From contig CAYOCJ010000001.1 of assembly GCA_964402565.1 (NCBI GenBank), forward strand, positions 160,079 to 224,078: 64,000 bases of DNA, given 5' to 3'. Below, in pieces: positions 51,860 to 61,283 of this stretch. The stretch's first letter is position 1; the number at the start of each line of letters is the position of its first letter. This stretch comes from an uncultured Gammaproteobacteria bacterium. Lineage in GTDB: Bacteria; Patescibacteriota; Patescibacteriia; UBA1558; 2-01-FULL-52-15. The notes beneath the pieces were generated by a model. The model saw only the letters and a list, made by a program, of their open reading frames with translations, was not told the origin of the DNA and did no database searches. A program made the position numbers and the translations under genes.

Positions 51860-52171
51860 ATGGCACATCACCTGAATCAAGATGAAGTTCGGAAAGTGGC
51901 AAGGTTAGCCAGGCTGGATCTGACCGATGAAGAGCGGATCAAGGCCGCGGCTGACCTGGAAAGTATTCTGGCTTATATTGACCGGCTTTCAGCAGTCGAT
52001 ACAAAAGAAGTTACGCCGTATCAGAACGAACCGCAATCAGAGTCCCTGTTGCGCAGGGATGCTGCTGTTCCATTCAAAGATCGCGCGGCGCTGCTCGGAA
52101 AAGACCGGTTCAAAAATGACCTGCTGGTAACCAAAGGCGTATTTGCGAAAGGACAAGATGATGGAGCTTAA
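51860..52171 (+). CDS. gatC: Asp-tRNA(Asn)/Glu-tRNA(Gln) amidotransferase subunit C
   Basis: VRKVARLARLDLTDEE...ILAYIDRL. Confidence 0.8.
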   Translation: MAHHLNQDEVRKVARLARLDLTDEERIKAAADLESILAYIDRLSAVDTKEVTPYQNEPQSESLLRRDAAVPFKDRAALLGKDRFKNDLLVTKGVFAKGQDDGA

Positions 52172-53582
52172 ATCGGCAACCATAACTGAGCTGAAGGGTG
52201 CGCTGCACAATAAAAAGATCTCGTCTGTTGAGCTGACGAAGGAATATGTAGCAGCTATCAAAAAAGATCCATTCAATGCGTTCATCACGTTGAACGATGC
52301 TGCTTTAGAATCTGCGTCGACCGCAGATCGCATTCTCGCATCAGGCAAACCGACCGAGCTGACCGGCATACCGATCGCAGTCAAAGATGTGTTGGTGACT
52401 CAGGGATTGAAGTCGACCGCAGGGTCGAAGATATTGAGCAATTATGTGCCGCCCTATACTGCTACAGCAGCTCAGCGACTGCTTGACGCCGGCATGGTGC
52501 TGCTTGGCAAGACAAATTGCGATGAGTTTGCGATGGGATCTTCGAATGAAAATTCAGCTTTCGGTCCGGTAAAAAATCCGTATGACCCGGCCAGGGTTTC
52601 AGGCGGTTCGTCAGGTGGTAGTGCAGTTGCCGTTGCCGCAGGGTATGCGCCTGCGGCGCTCGGGACCGATACCGGAGGATCGGTTCGCGAACCTGCTTCA
52701 TTTTGCGGCGTGATCGGGTTCAAACCGACCTATGGGCGTATCTCGCGATATGGATTGATGGCAATGGCTTCATCGCTTGATCAAGTTGGTATCTTTGCGC
52801 ATGACGCACATGATGTGGGAACGTTATTGCATGCAATGTCAGGCTTTGATCCACACGATGCGACATCAAGCCGGGAGAATGTTCCGGATTATCGCAAACT
52901 GATAGCGGAAGAAAGGCCGGTCCGCATAGGCATACCAAAGGAATTCCGTGACGGTTTAGCTGGCGCTGCTTCTGAATGGTTTCAGGCTGCCATTGAGCGC
53001 TGCAAGAAAGCATCAGGCGTCACATTCGTCGATGTCACCTTGCCTCATATCGGAGATTCATTGGCTGTTTATTACATCATTATGCCGTCGGAAGTCAGCG
53101 CAAATATGGCACGGTATGATGGTTTGCGCTATGGCACCATGAGCGAGGCAGCAGGGGATCTCGAAACTCTGTATCGGCATAACCGTGCTGCTGGCTTAGG
53201 CGCTGAAGTAAAGCGCAGAGTATTGCTTGGCACCTATGCTCTCTCAGCAGGGTACTATGATGCGTACTATGCCCAGGCCGCTAAAGTCCGTAACTTGATT
53301 GCGCAGGATATGGACGCTGTATTTCAGAACGTCGACCTTGTCCTGGGTCCAACCTCGCCGACGCCGGCATTCAAGATCGGTGAAAAACAGTCAGACCCGC
53401 TCACCATGTATTTGTCAGATATTTATACGGTCGCAGCAAACCTGACCGGCGTTCCTGCGGTGTCTTTCCCGGCCGGCACGATAGAGGAGCTGCCCATGGG
53501 TTTGCAGTTGATGGGCCCGAAGTGGTCCGAGGGCCTGCTCTTGCAATTAGTGCGCCGCTTAAGCGTTAATGCAGATTCATAA
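52161..53582 (+). CDS. gatA: Glu-tRNA(Gln) amidotransferase subunit A (amidase)
   Basis: Amidase signature GGSSGGSAVAVAAG, Ser-cisSer-Lys triad context. Confidence 0.85.
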   Translation: MELKSATITELKGALHNKKISSVELTKEYVAAIKKDPFNAFITLNDAALESASTADRILASGKPTELTGIPIAVKDVLVTQGLKSTAGSKILSNYVPPYTATAAQRLLDAGMVLLGKTNCDEFAMGSSNENSAFGPVKNPYDPARVSGGSSGGSAVAVAAGYAPAALGTDTGGSVREPASFCGVIGFKPTYGRISRYGLMAMASSLDQVGIFAHDAHDVGTLLHAMSGFDPHDATSSRENVPDYRKLIAEERPVRIGIPKEFRDGLAGAASEWFQAAIERCKKASGVTFVDVTLPHIGDSLAVYYIIMPSEVSANMARYDGLRYGTMSEAAGDLETLYRHNRAAGLGAEVKRRVLLGTYALSAGYYDAYYAQAAKVRNLIAQDMDAVFQNVDLVLGPTSPTPAFKIGEKQSDPLTMYLSDIYTVAANLTGVPAVSFPAGTIEELPMGLQLMGPKWSEGLLLQLVRRLSVNADS

Positions 53583-53605
53583 GCGATTTGCTATACTAGT
53601 ACTAT

Positions 53606-54358
53606 ATGGCACGGTCAATTGAAGAAAGGATTCAAAATACCATTCGGGCAAAAAAACGCCGTCGATGGTACACCCGATGGTGGGGCACAACCTTGATCGT
53701 TCTAGGGGTGCTCGTGGTGATCTGGTCCGTGGCTGTAGTCGTTCAGACCATTCATTATTATCGCGAGTATACCAAAGCCGGCGGCAGTAATTCGATCGCT
53801 GAGTTTGCTCAGACGCGCCAGGATACGAAAATCGACCTGCTTCATAATAGCGACGATCCAAGCGTAGGACCTAAAACAGCGCCGGTAACTATTGTCGCAT
53901 TCGAAGATTTTCAATGCCCGTATTGCTTTCAGGCACAGCCATTCCTGAAGAAATTGCTTGCGGCGCACCCCGGAGATGTACGGCTGATCTATAAGGATTT
54001 CCCTTTAAGCTCCATACACCCTGATGCTCAGGCAGCCGCTGAAGCTGCACAATGTGCGTTCCAGCAGGGTAAGTTCTGGGAGTATCATGATGAGCTTTTT
54101 GCCAATCAAAGCCGTTTTGCAGAGGCATTTTATAGGGCTACAGCAAAGAAGGTCGGGTTGAATATCAATACCTTCAACGAATGCCTGGCAACGGCAAAAA
54201 CGAAACAAAGTATCTCCCAGGATGTAGAACTAGGCAGGACCCTCGGCGTACTGGGGACTCCGACCTTTTTCATCAATGGCGAGTTATTCGCTCAAGGCTA
54301 TAGCCCGGAGATCGATTCTCAGTTCGAAAAGGCTATTGAGTACATCCGGTCTTTGTGA
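53606..54358 (+). CDS. DsbA-family thiol:disulfide oxidoreductase, membrane-anchored
   Basis: N-terminal TM. CxxC FQCPYC. Conserved LIYKDFPLSSIHPDAQ and GKFWEYHDELF. Confidence 0.7.
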   Translation: MARSIEERIQNTIRAKKRRRWYTRWWGTTLIVLGVLVVIWSVAVVVQTIHYYREYTKAGGSNSIAEFAQTRQDTKIDLLHNSDDPSVGPKTAPVTIVAFEDFQCPYCFQAQPFLKKLLAAHPGDVRLIYKDFPLSSIHPDAQAAAEAAQCAFQQGKFWEYHDELFANQSRFAEAFYRATAKKVGLNINTFNECLATAKTKQSISQDVELGRTLGVLGTPTFFINGELFAQGYSPEIDSQFEKAIEYIRSL

Positions 54359-54414
54359 TAGACTCTGTTTACTTTATTAACCTAGTGTATTAAACAATAA
54401 TTAATCTAAGTAGT

Positions 54415-55155
54415 ATGGATACTGAAAACATGACTCAACAGGGCAAAAAGAGCTTCATGATGGGGCTGATAACCGGTCTCGGCATTTGTATTGTCGTGGG
54501 CGGAGCATTTATGATGGGACGCTATGGCACACCAGGCGGATTAGGCGGCGGATCGAACCCTCCGGCAGCTCAACAGCCGACGGCACAGCAGCCGACACAG
54601 CCATCCGGACCTGAAGGCGATGCAACAAAGATTGCAGCAGTATCGAAGGACGACCATATTCGCGGTGATGCAAATGCACCGATCACCATGATCGAATACA
54701 GCGATTTTGAATGCCCATTCTGCTTGCGATTCCACGAAACTTTGACCCAGGTATTCGCTGATTATAAGGGCAAGGTCCGACTCGTATACCGACAATTCCC
54801 ATTACGATCTATCCACCCACAGGCTCAGAAAGCTGCTGAGGCATCTGAATGCGCTTCTGCTCAGGGTAAATTCTGGGAAATGCATGACAAGCTTTTCGAG
54901 CTTAACAAGGCTCAGAATCTGAACGTAGACTCTATGAAGACAGGCGCGAAGGACATTGGCCTCAATACGACCCAATTCAACACTTGTCTTGATAAAGGCC
55001 AAATGGTTGATACAGTTGAAAAGGATTATCAGGACGGCTTGGCTGGAGGCATCGCAGGCACGCCTGGCACCTTCGTCAATGGACAGTACCTGGCAGGAGC
55101 ATTGCCATACTCTGACGTAAAGACAATTCTCGACGGTATCCTCAACAAGAGCTAA
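54415..55155 (+). CDS. DsbA-family thiol:disulfide oxidoreductase, paralog 2
   Basis: TM. FECPFC. LVYRQFPLRSIHPQAQ and GKFWEMHDKLF. Confidence 0.7.
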   Translation: MDTENMTQQGKKSFMMGLITGLGICIVVGGAFMMGRYGTPGGLGGGSNPPAAQQPTAQQPTQPSGPEGDATKIAAVSKDDHIRGDANAPITMIEYSDFECPFCLRFHETLTQVFADYKGKVRLVYRQFPLRSIHPQAQKAAEASECASAQGKFWEMHDKLFELNKAQNLNVDSMKTGAKDIGLNTTQFNTCLDKGQMVDTVEKDYQDGLAGGIAGTPGTFVNGQYLAGALPYSDVKTILDGILNKS

Positions 55156-55185
55156 TTCTAACGTCTCTCTGAAAGAAAACCGATC

Positions 55186-55785
55186 ATGAAACGCATATTG
55201 GCACTTGCGTTGCTCGGGATCATCGTGACCGGATGCACGCCGAAGTATGATGATCCGAAGCCGGAACGCGCAACCAAAGGAAGCCCTCAGGCACAAGTAA
55301 CGGTAGAGGAATTTGCTGACTATCAATGTCCAGCCTGTGGTAGTGCGCATCCGATGATCAAAAAATTGATGGAGAAGTACGGAAACCGTGTTTTGTGGAA
55401 ATTCATCAATTATCCATTGACCTCTATCCACCCATACGCATTCAATGCGGCACTCGCTGCTGAATGCGCCAACGACCAAGGTAAGTTCTGGGAATACCAC
55501 GACAAGCTTTTTGAGAACCAGGCGAACCTCGGGAAGAGCAGTCTCTATACATATGCCGGGGATCTCGGTATGAATGTTGATACCTTCAAAGCATGTGTGC
55601 AGTCACGCGCGAAGTCCTCGCTGGTGCAGCAAGATATGGCCTTGGGCGACAGCCGCAAAGTCGATCAGACGCCAACTCTTTTCATCAATGGAGAAATGTT
55701 GACGAACTGGACTACTCTTGAATCTAAACTGGATACATTTTTCCCGGATCTGCCTGACGTTGCCACGACAACCCCAGCTAATTAA
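55186..55785 (+). CDS. DsbA-family thiol:disulfide oxidoreductase lipoprotein, paralog 3
   Basis: Lipobox IVTGC. YQCPACG. INYPLTSIHPYAF and GKFWEYHDKLF. Confidence 0.7.
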   Translation: MKRILALALLGIIVTGCTPKYDDPKPERATKGSPQAQVTVEEFADYQCPACGSAHPMIKKLMEKYGNRVLWKFINYPLTSIHPYAFNAALAAECANDQGKFWEYHDKLFENQANLGKSSLYTYAGDLGMNVDTFKACVQSRAKSSLVQQDMALGDSRKVDQTPTLFINGEMLTNWTTLESKLDTFFPDLPDVATTTPAN

Positions 55786-55799
55786 GTGATTTCATCGCC

Positions 55800-56603
55800 A
55801 TGCCGGACGCATACTGGTTTGGTTCATATGCACCGGATCGTACCCTTCTTGATCTTCAGTTTCTCCATATTTATTGGTACAGCGTCCTGGTGACGCTCGG
55901 GATCGCTCTTGCAGTCCTCATTGCCCGTAAACAATACATTCGGAATAAAGGCAAAGAGCAGGACATGCTTGATCTCGCATTTTACGTCGTGCTCGGCGGA
56001 CTCCTGGGAGCGCGCGTATGGCATGTGTTCATCTTTCAATGGAGCTACTACTCTCAACATCTCATTGAAATTCCGAAAATTTGGGAAGGCGGCATAGCGA
56101 TACAAGGCGCTTTGCTGGGTGGCCTCGCGACCGCATTTTTCTATTGCCGCAAGAAAAAACTCGATCTTATTGCCTTGGCTGACAGCGGCGTTGTCGGCAT
56201 TCCCTTAGCGCAGGCGATCGGCCGCTGGGGGAATTTTTTTAACCAAGAGCTTTATGGCCTCCCCTCCAAATTGCCGTGGGCGATCTATATAGAGCCGCAG
56301 AATCGAGTATCGGGGTTCGAACGTTTTTCCCATTTTCACCCCACATTCCTGTATGAATCCATACTCGATGCGCTCTTGTTCGTTTTGCTTCTCAAACTTT
56401 CGAAGAAAAAACTCAAACCCGGGGTTCTCGCGGCGTGGTATTTCATCGGCTATAGCGCTATTCGGTTCATCGTCGATTTTGTACGCATCGATCCGATGTT
56501 AATGATCGGTTTTCTGCGGGCCTCACAGGTATTAAGCATCATGTTCATAGGCGCGGCTTCATATTTCTTGTATGCAATGAAAGCCCGCAGAGTTGCCAAG
56601 TAG
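55800..56603 (+). CDS. lgt: Prolipoprotein diacylglyceryl transferase
   Basis: Lgt signature IGRWGNFFNQELYG. 7 TM. Confidence 0.85.
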   Translation: MPDAYWFGSYAPDRTLLDLQFLHIYWYSVLVTLGIALAVLIARKQYIRNKGKEQDMLDLAFYVVLGGLLGARVWHVFIFQWSYYSQHLIEIPKIWEGGIAIQGALLGGLATAFFYCRKKKLDLIALADSGVVGIPLAQAIGRWGNFFNQELYGLPSKLPWAIYIEPQNRVSGFERFSHFHPTFLYESILDALLFVLLLKLSKKKLKPGVLAAWYFIGYSAIRFIVDFVRIDPMLMIGFLRASQVLSIMFIGAASYFLYAMKARRVAK

Positions 56604-56637
56604 GTTTCTATTGTGTATAGTAATCCCGTTCACTTTT

Positions 56638-56714
56638 GGGGTGGTAGTTCAGTTGGCTAGAACGCTTCCCTGTCACGGAAGAGGTCGCGGGTTCGAGTCC
56701 CGTCCATCCCGCCA
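56638..56714 (+). tRNA. tRNA-Asp (anticodon GTC)
   Basis: GGGGTGGTAGTTCAGTTGGCTAGAACGCTTCCCTGTCACGGAAGAGGTCGCGGGTTCGAGTCCCGTCCATCCCGCCA. Confidence 0.85.
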
Positions 56715-56728
56715 GAATTGAATAGTGA

Positions 56729-56753
56729 TAAACCGCCGCTGTGGCGGTTTTTG
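56729..56753 (+). terminator. Rho-independent terminator after tRNA-Asp
   Basis: AAACCGCCGCTGTGGCGGTTTTT. Confidence 0.6.
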
Positions 56754-56795
56754 TGCTATACTTATTATTCGTTTACCGGAAAATTAAGCAAAATA

Positions 56796-58579
56796 TGATG
56801 AAGGAGAAGGGAAGCTATGCGTTTGTCAGGCAAACGCTAAAGATTTTTTGGCAACATGCGATTCGTTACCATTGGCAGGTAGCCGCTCTTTTATTTGGGA
56901 TCATCGTGGTGACCGCGGTCCAAACTTATATCCCGGTGCTCTATAGCGATCTCATAAATGTTGCTTCACTCGGCGCGTCGCCAGATACTGTGCACAAGGC
57001 TTTTGTTATCGTGTTCATGATTTTGATCGTGAATACTGCGCGTACTGCAACGTGGCGTTCGACGAACTTCATCAATAATTATTTCCAGCCGAAGGTGATG
57101 AGCGATCTCATGAATACCTGCTATCAGTATCTGCAGCAACATTCCCTTGGCTACTTCAATTCTAACTTCGTCGGAAGTTTGGTCACGAAGGTACGTCGGT
57201 ATGAACGGGCATTCGAATTGATCGCTGATCAGATAACCTTTGACCTGGGGCGCTCATTGCTCGATACTGGAGCGATCCTGACGGTACTGTTGTGGAACTA
57301 TCGCACCCTTGGCTTGATCGTGCTCGGTTGGTGTATCTTGTTTTTGGTCTTTTCATATGCATACTCGATCTACAAGCTACCTTATGATATCAAGCGAGCA
57401 GCTGCCGATACGCAAACGACCGCGCAACTGGCTGATAGTATAACGAATAACATTAATATCAAACTTTTTGCCAGTTACAAAGAAGAGAATGATCGTTTTT
57501 CCGACATTACACGTGAACAGTTTTTGATGCGGAAAAAAAGCTGGGACCTGTCGACATGGGGAGACGTTGTACAGGGTATTATGATGATACTTCTCGAGTT
57601 TCTGATCTTCTATCTTGCCATAGCTAAGTGGCAGCAGGGCACTTTGAATGTAGGAGATCTGGCGCTACTTCAGATGTTTTTGCTGCGTATTTTCGATAAA
57701 CTTTGGAATACCGGCAAGAACATTCGCAGCATCTATGAAGCCCTTGCGGACGCTAATGAAATGACCGAGATACTCTTGAATCCGCATGAAGTCCAGGATG
57801 TGCTGCATGCAGCACAGTTGCAAGTTAAGAACGGCGGTATCGAGTTTAAGGATGTTTCGTTCGTCTATCAGAATGGTGTCGAAGTCTATAAGCACTTTAA
57901 CCTGCGTATTGCACCAGGCGAGCACGTTGCCTTTATCGGCCCTTCTGGCGGCGGCAAGTCCACGATCGCGAAACTACTCTTCAGGTTCTATAATTTGAAT
58001 GGCGGTTCGATCAGCATCGATGGCCAAAATATCGATGCAGTCACACAGGATTCTCTGCGCTCGGCATTCGCGTTTGTGCCGCAGGAGCCGATACTTTTCC
58101 ATAGGACTCTTATGGAGAATATTCGCTACGCAAAGCCCGATGCTACGGACGAACAGGTCATCGAAGCAGCGAAGCTTGCTCATGCGCATGAATTCATTGC
58201 TTCTTTTCCTCAGCAGTATGACACGATGGTCGGTGAGCGCGGGATCAAACTTTCAGGAGGCGAACGTCAGCGCGTCGCGATCGCTCGCGCTATCTTGAAA
58301 GATGCGAAGATATTGGTATTGGATGAAGCGACATCATCTCTCGATAGCGAGAGTGAAATGTATATTCAGGATGCTCTGAAAAAATTAATGCATAATAAAA
58401 CGACGGTCGTCATTGCCCATCGCCTCTCAACGATCATGCAGATGGACAGGATCGTTGTCATTGATGACGGCGAAGTCATCGAGGAAGGGAAGCATCAAGA
58501 GCTTCTGAAAGCAAACCAAGGAATGTATCAAAAACTGTGGGGGATACAAGCAGGAAGCTTCGATGTTCAGGAAGGTTAG
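56796..58579 (+). CDS. ABC exporter, fused permease-ATPase (MsbA/type I exporter family)
   Basis: 6 TM then an NBD with GPSGGGKST, LSGGERQRVAIARA, LVLDEATS. Start chosen after the terminator. Confidence 0.8.
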
Positions 58580-58635
58580 TGTTCGGTTTTCTCTCTTTTT
58601 GGTATACTGCTTAGAGAATCATTAAGAAACTCACT

Positions 58636-59340
58636 ATGAATAAGACAACGATCAGTGTCGCAGTTGCGGTCATTCTTTTGCTAGGCGGAGGCTATATGGT
58701 CTACCAAGGGTCCAATGGTCCAAAAAAGGAGACCCCGAAGCAAGATACCAATACAGCTCAGGATACAGGGCAGTCAAAGCGATCATGGAAAAGTATTTTA
58801 GCAGACGGCAAGAGCGTCAAATGCACGTATACGCAAACGGTCGCCTCTGGCACTCAGAATGGCACTATGTATATAGCAAATGGCCACATGCGCGGTGATA
58901 TTATGATGTCCACCGCAAGTTCCGGAAACTATACCATGCATATGCTGAACGATGGGCAATGGAATTATACCTGGGGAGGGCCTATCGGCGAGTCGCAGGG
59001 CGTGAAAATGAAAATGATGTCAGAAACAAATGTGCATACGCAGGCGAATGCGCAGCAGGGAGTCGACCTGAATGAGCAGCTCGATGTGAATTGTTCGCCA
59101 TGGAGCGAAGATTCTTCTGAATTTGTAGTGCCGGCAGATATTCAATTCAGAGACCTTTCAGCAGGTACTATGATGAATGTCAATGTGAACAGCATGATGA
59201 ATACCAGTACGTCCGGTTCGGCATCAGCGAACGTGAACGCCAATGTGAAGGTGAAGGCTAAAGTAGACTGCTCGGTCTGCAATCAAGCGCCGGAAGGCAT
59301 GTCACGCGTACAGTGCATGCAGGCACTCGGCTGTTCATAG
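58636..59340 (+). CDS. Hypothetical secreted protein with Cys-rich C-terminus
   Basis: N-terminal TM/signal. C-terminal CSVCNQAPEGMSRVQCMQALGC. Confidence 0.35.
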   Translation: MNKTTISVAVAVILLLGGGYMVYQGSNGPKKETPKQDTNTAQDTGQSKRSWKSILADGKSVKCTYTQTVASGTQNGTMYIANGHMRGDIMMSTASSGNYTMHMLNDGQWNYTWGGPIGESQGVKMKMMSETNVHTQANAQQGVDLNEQLDVNCSPWSEDSSEFVVPADIQFRDLSAGTMMNVNVNSMMNTSTSGSASANVNANVKVKAKVDCSVCNQAPEGMSRVQCMQALGCS

Positions 59341-59353
59341 TAATGGTATCTTT

Positions 59354-59388
59354 AAAAAAAGAGCTCCCGAATGGGAGCTCTTTTTTGT
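59354..59388. terminator. Bidirectional terminator between convergent genes
   Basis: AAAAAAAGAGCTCCCGAATGGGAGCTCTTTTTT. Confidence 0.65.
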
Positions 59389-59396
59389 AGCACTGC

Positions 59397-59933
59397 TTAC
59401 GGATATACGGTCAGCATCGCCACATTGTATTGCATCGTATCTGCGGTCTGGCAGTTAACAGTGAATGTTTGAACTTTCTTTACCTGAGGCAGGTGTATCA
59501 AGACGAATGCATATCCGTCCAGGACAATTTTCCGATTATTGAGATAGACATATTGCGTATCGGGAGACGCGCCCTCTATCATCAATTCAGAACCGCTGGT
59601 ATAGGTACCGCCGACAAGCGGGGTAGTTACTGCACAGTTGTCGAATTGCAGACGTTTCGCGGAGTAATTTGCGACCGCTAACTGATAGGTATCAGGCTGT
59701 TTTTGGCTGAATGCCAGCACTGTCCGGCTAGACCCTGAAATTTTTTGACCGGTATTGCTTCCTGAGATATCAGCAGGCATCATCTCATTCTGAGATTGGG
59801 CAGGGGCCTGTACGAAATAGGCAGGACTTGGTTGATTCGACTTGAAATGCGATTTCACCATTAAGCCTGCCTGGATCGCGGCCGGAACTAAAATCGCTAT
59901 AAGGATTGCTTTTTTGAACGGACTCATACGCAT
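59397..59933 (-). CDS. Hypothetical secreted protein
   Basis: Signal peptide MRMSPFKKAILIAILVPAAIQAG. Confidence 0.35.
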   Translation of the reverse strand: MRMSPFKKAILIAILVPAAIQAGLMVKSHFKSNQPSPAYFVQAPAQSQNEMMPADISGSNTGQKISGSSRTVLAFSQKQPDTYQLAVANYSAKRLQFDNCAVTTPLVGGTYTSGSELMIEGASPDTQYVYLNNRKIVLDGYAFVLIHLPQVKKVQTFTVNCQTADTMQYNVAMLTVYP

Positions 59934-60051
59934 AATCGTGCAGATTAATTATTATGAGATTACCTGTACATAGTTGACGTCTGTTTCTCGTGTTTCTTAC
60001 GAATATAATATGTACATAAAGAATCAGGACCTGCCGGTATGACAGGTCCTG

Positions 60052-60540
60052 TTAGAACTTACGGAGATGAAACTTTTCAAAGTTGACGACTAACGTGATG
60101 CTTGCGCCCTTACTGGTCACTTGCAGCGCCCAGAGATGGTCGATTTTTGAATGGCGATTGAGCGGGAAAACGACAATAGAGCGCGAAAGCAGCTTGGTCT
60201 TGGTTGTGTCCGTCAGCCCGAATGAAGTGGTTGCATTGTTTTCAGTCGGGAATGGTGAAGGCAGCTTGATGTCCTCATGGCTTCGGTATGCACGTGCAGC
60301 GCCGCCTAGCCAGTATGCGAAGGTCAGCGTTTTGAACCACCGCTTCCCTTTGAATGCACGAATGCGGACCACATTCTCGAACTCGTACTGGATCTTGAAA
60401 TCATTTGAAGCATCAGATTTTTGCGGTGTGAAGGTCGCCAGACAATCAAGAAACGTCATGCCCTGACATGGTCGTTCACGTTCGTCTGCGTGACCTACCG
60501 AAGACACGCAGAGCACTATGAGTATTAGTACCCATCGTTT
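60052..60540 (-). CDS. Hypothetical secreted protein (shortened from the tracked ORF)
   Basis: The tracked ORF 60052-60801 overlaps the flavodoxin gene. A signal-peptide-like KRWVLILIVLCVSSVGHA follows an in-frame GTG at 60540. Confidence 0.3.
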   Translation of the reverse strand, partial: KRWVLILIVLCVSSVGHADERERPCQGMTFLDCLATFTPQKSDASNDFKIQYEFENVVRIRAFKGKRWFKTLTFAYWLGGAARAYRSHEDIKLPSPFPTENNATTSFGLTDTTKTKLLSRSIVVFPLNRHSKIDHLWALQVTSKGASITLVVNFEKFHLRKF

Positions 60541-60635
60541 CACTGTGCATCTCCTTTCTCGTAATGAACAACGACCGAATAGCATACTGTATTGCTTGTA
60601 TGTACGCAAGACCAGCAGAATGATATACTGGAGCC

Positions 60636-61112
60636 ATGCATGTACTCGTTGTCTATGGCACGAATTCAGGTGGCACCAAGGAGGTGGCAGAACTTGTCGC
60701 GCTTGATTTTGCAAAAGCAGGACATTCGGTATCCATGAAAAGCGCAGAATATACCGTACCTGCTGATTTAGATGGATATGACTGCGTGGTCCTCGGTTCA
60801 TGCACGTGGGAGAAGATCTTGCCTACGAAGCGATTCGAGGGGCAATTGCAGCAGCATATGGGCGCGTTGCGGGATAAACTTAAGGGCGTTGATCTATCAG
60901 GTAAAAAATTGGCAATTTTTGGCCTGGGCGATTCTAGCTATACCAATTTTTGCATCGCCGCAACTCATCTGGAAGTGCTCGTGAAAGAATCGAAAGCAAC
61001 GCAAGTAGGGCCTACATTGCGCGTGGACAGTTATTTTTTTGATCAGGAAGCAAATCGAAAGCGCATCAAGGACTGGGCCGATCAATTGCTTGCCGCATTA
61101 AAAGCCGCCTAA
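60636..61112 (+). CDS. Flavodoxin (short-chain)
   Basis: VLVVYGTNSGGTKEVAE FMN phosphate-binding loop. 158 aa. Confidence 0.7.
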   Translation: MHVLVVYGTNSGGTKEVAELVALDFAKAGHSVSMKSAEYTVPADLDGYDCVVLGSCTWEKILPTKRFEGQLQQHMGALRDKLKGVDLSGKKLAIFGLGDSSYTNFCIAATHLEVLVKESKATQVGPTLRVDSYFFDQEANRKRIKDWADQLLAALKAA

Positions 61113-61134
61113 ACAATACAATAGGGACGGTCGC

Positions 61135-61158
61135 GAGCCTGCATTGCGGGCTTTTTTA
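61135..61158 (+). terminator. Putative weak terminator after flavodoxin
   Basis: GCCTGCATTGCGGGC stem (one G-U) plus T6. Confidence 0.3.
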
Positions 61159-61283
61159 TATAGTCATAACGTGTCTAAATGGAACGCGGTAGGCTTGACA
61201 TTATTTGTAATATGTGAGATATTGTTCCGTCGTGTTTATTAATGGCTTAGCCATATTTAGCCCAAGAGTTAGCGAAAAGTTAG

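Noticed and set aside
60541-60801. N-terminal 87 codons of the tracked ORF 60052-60801 (minus)
   Set aside because: Overlaps the well-supported flavodoxin gene start on the opposite strand and is rich in rare residues. The gene more likely starts at the in-frame GTG at 60540, before a signal-peptide-like segment.
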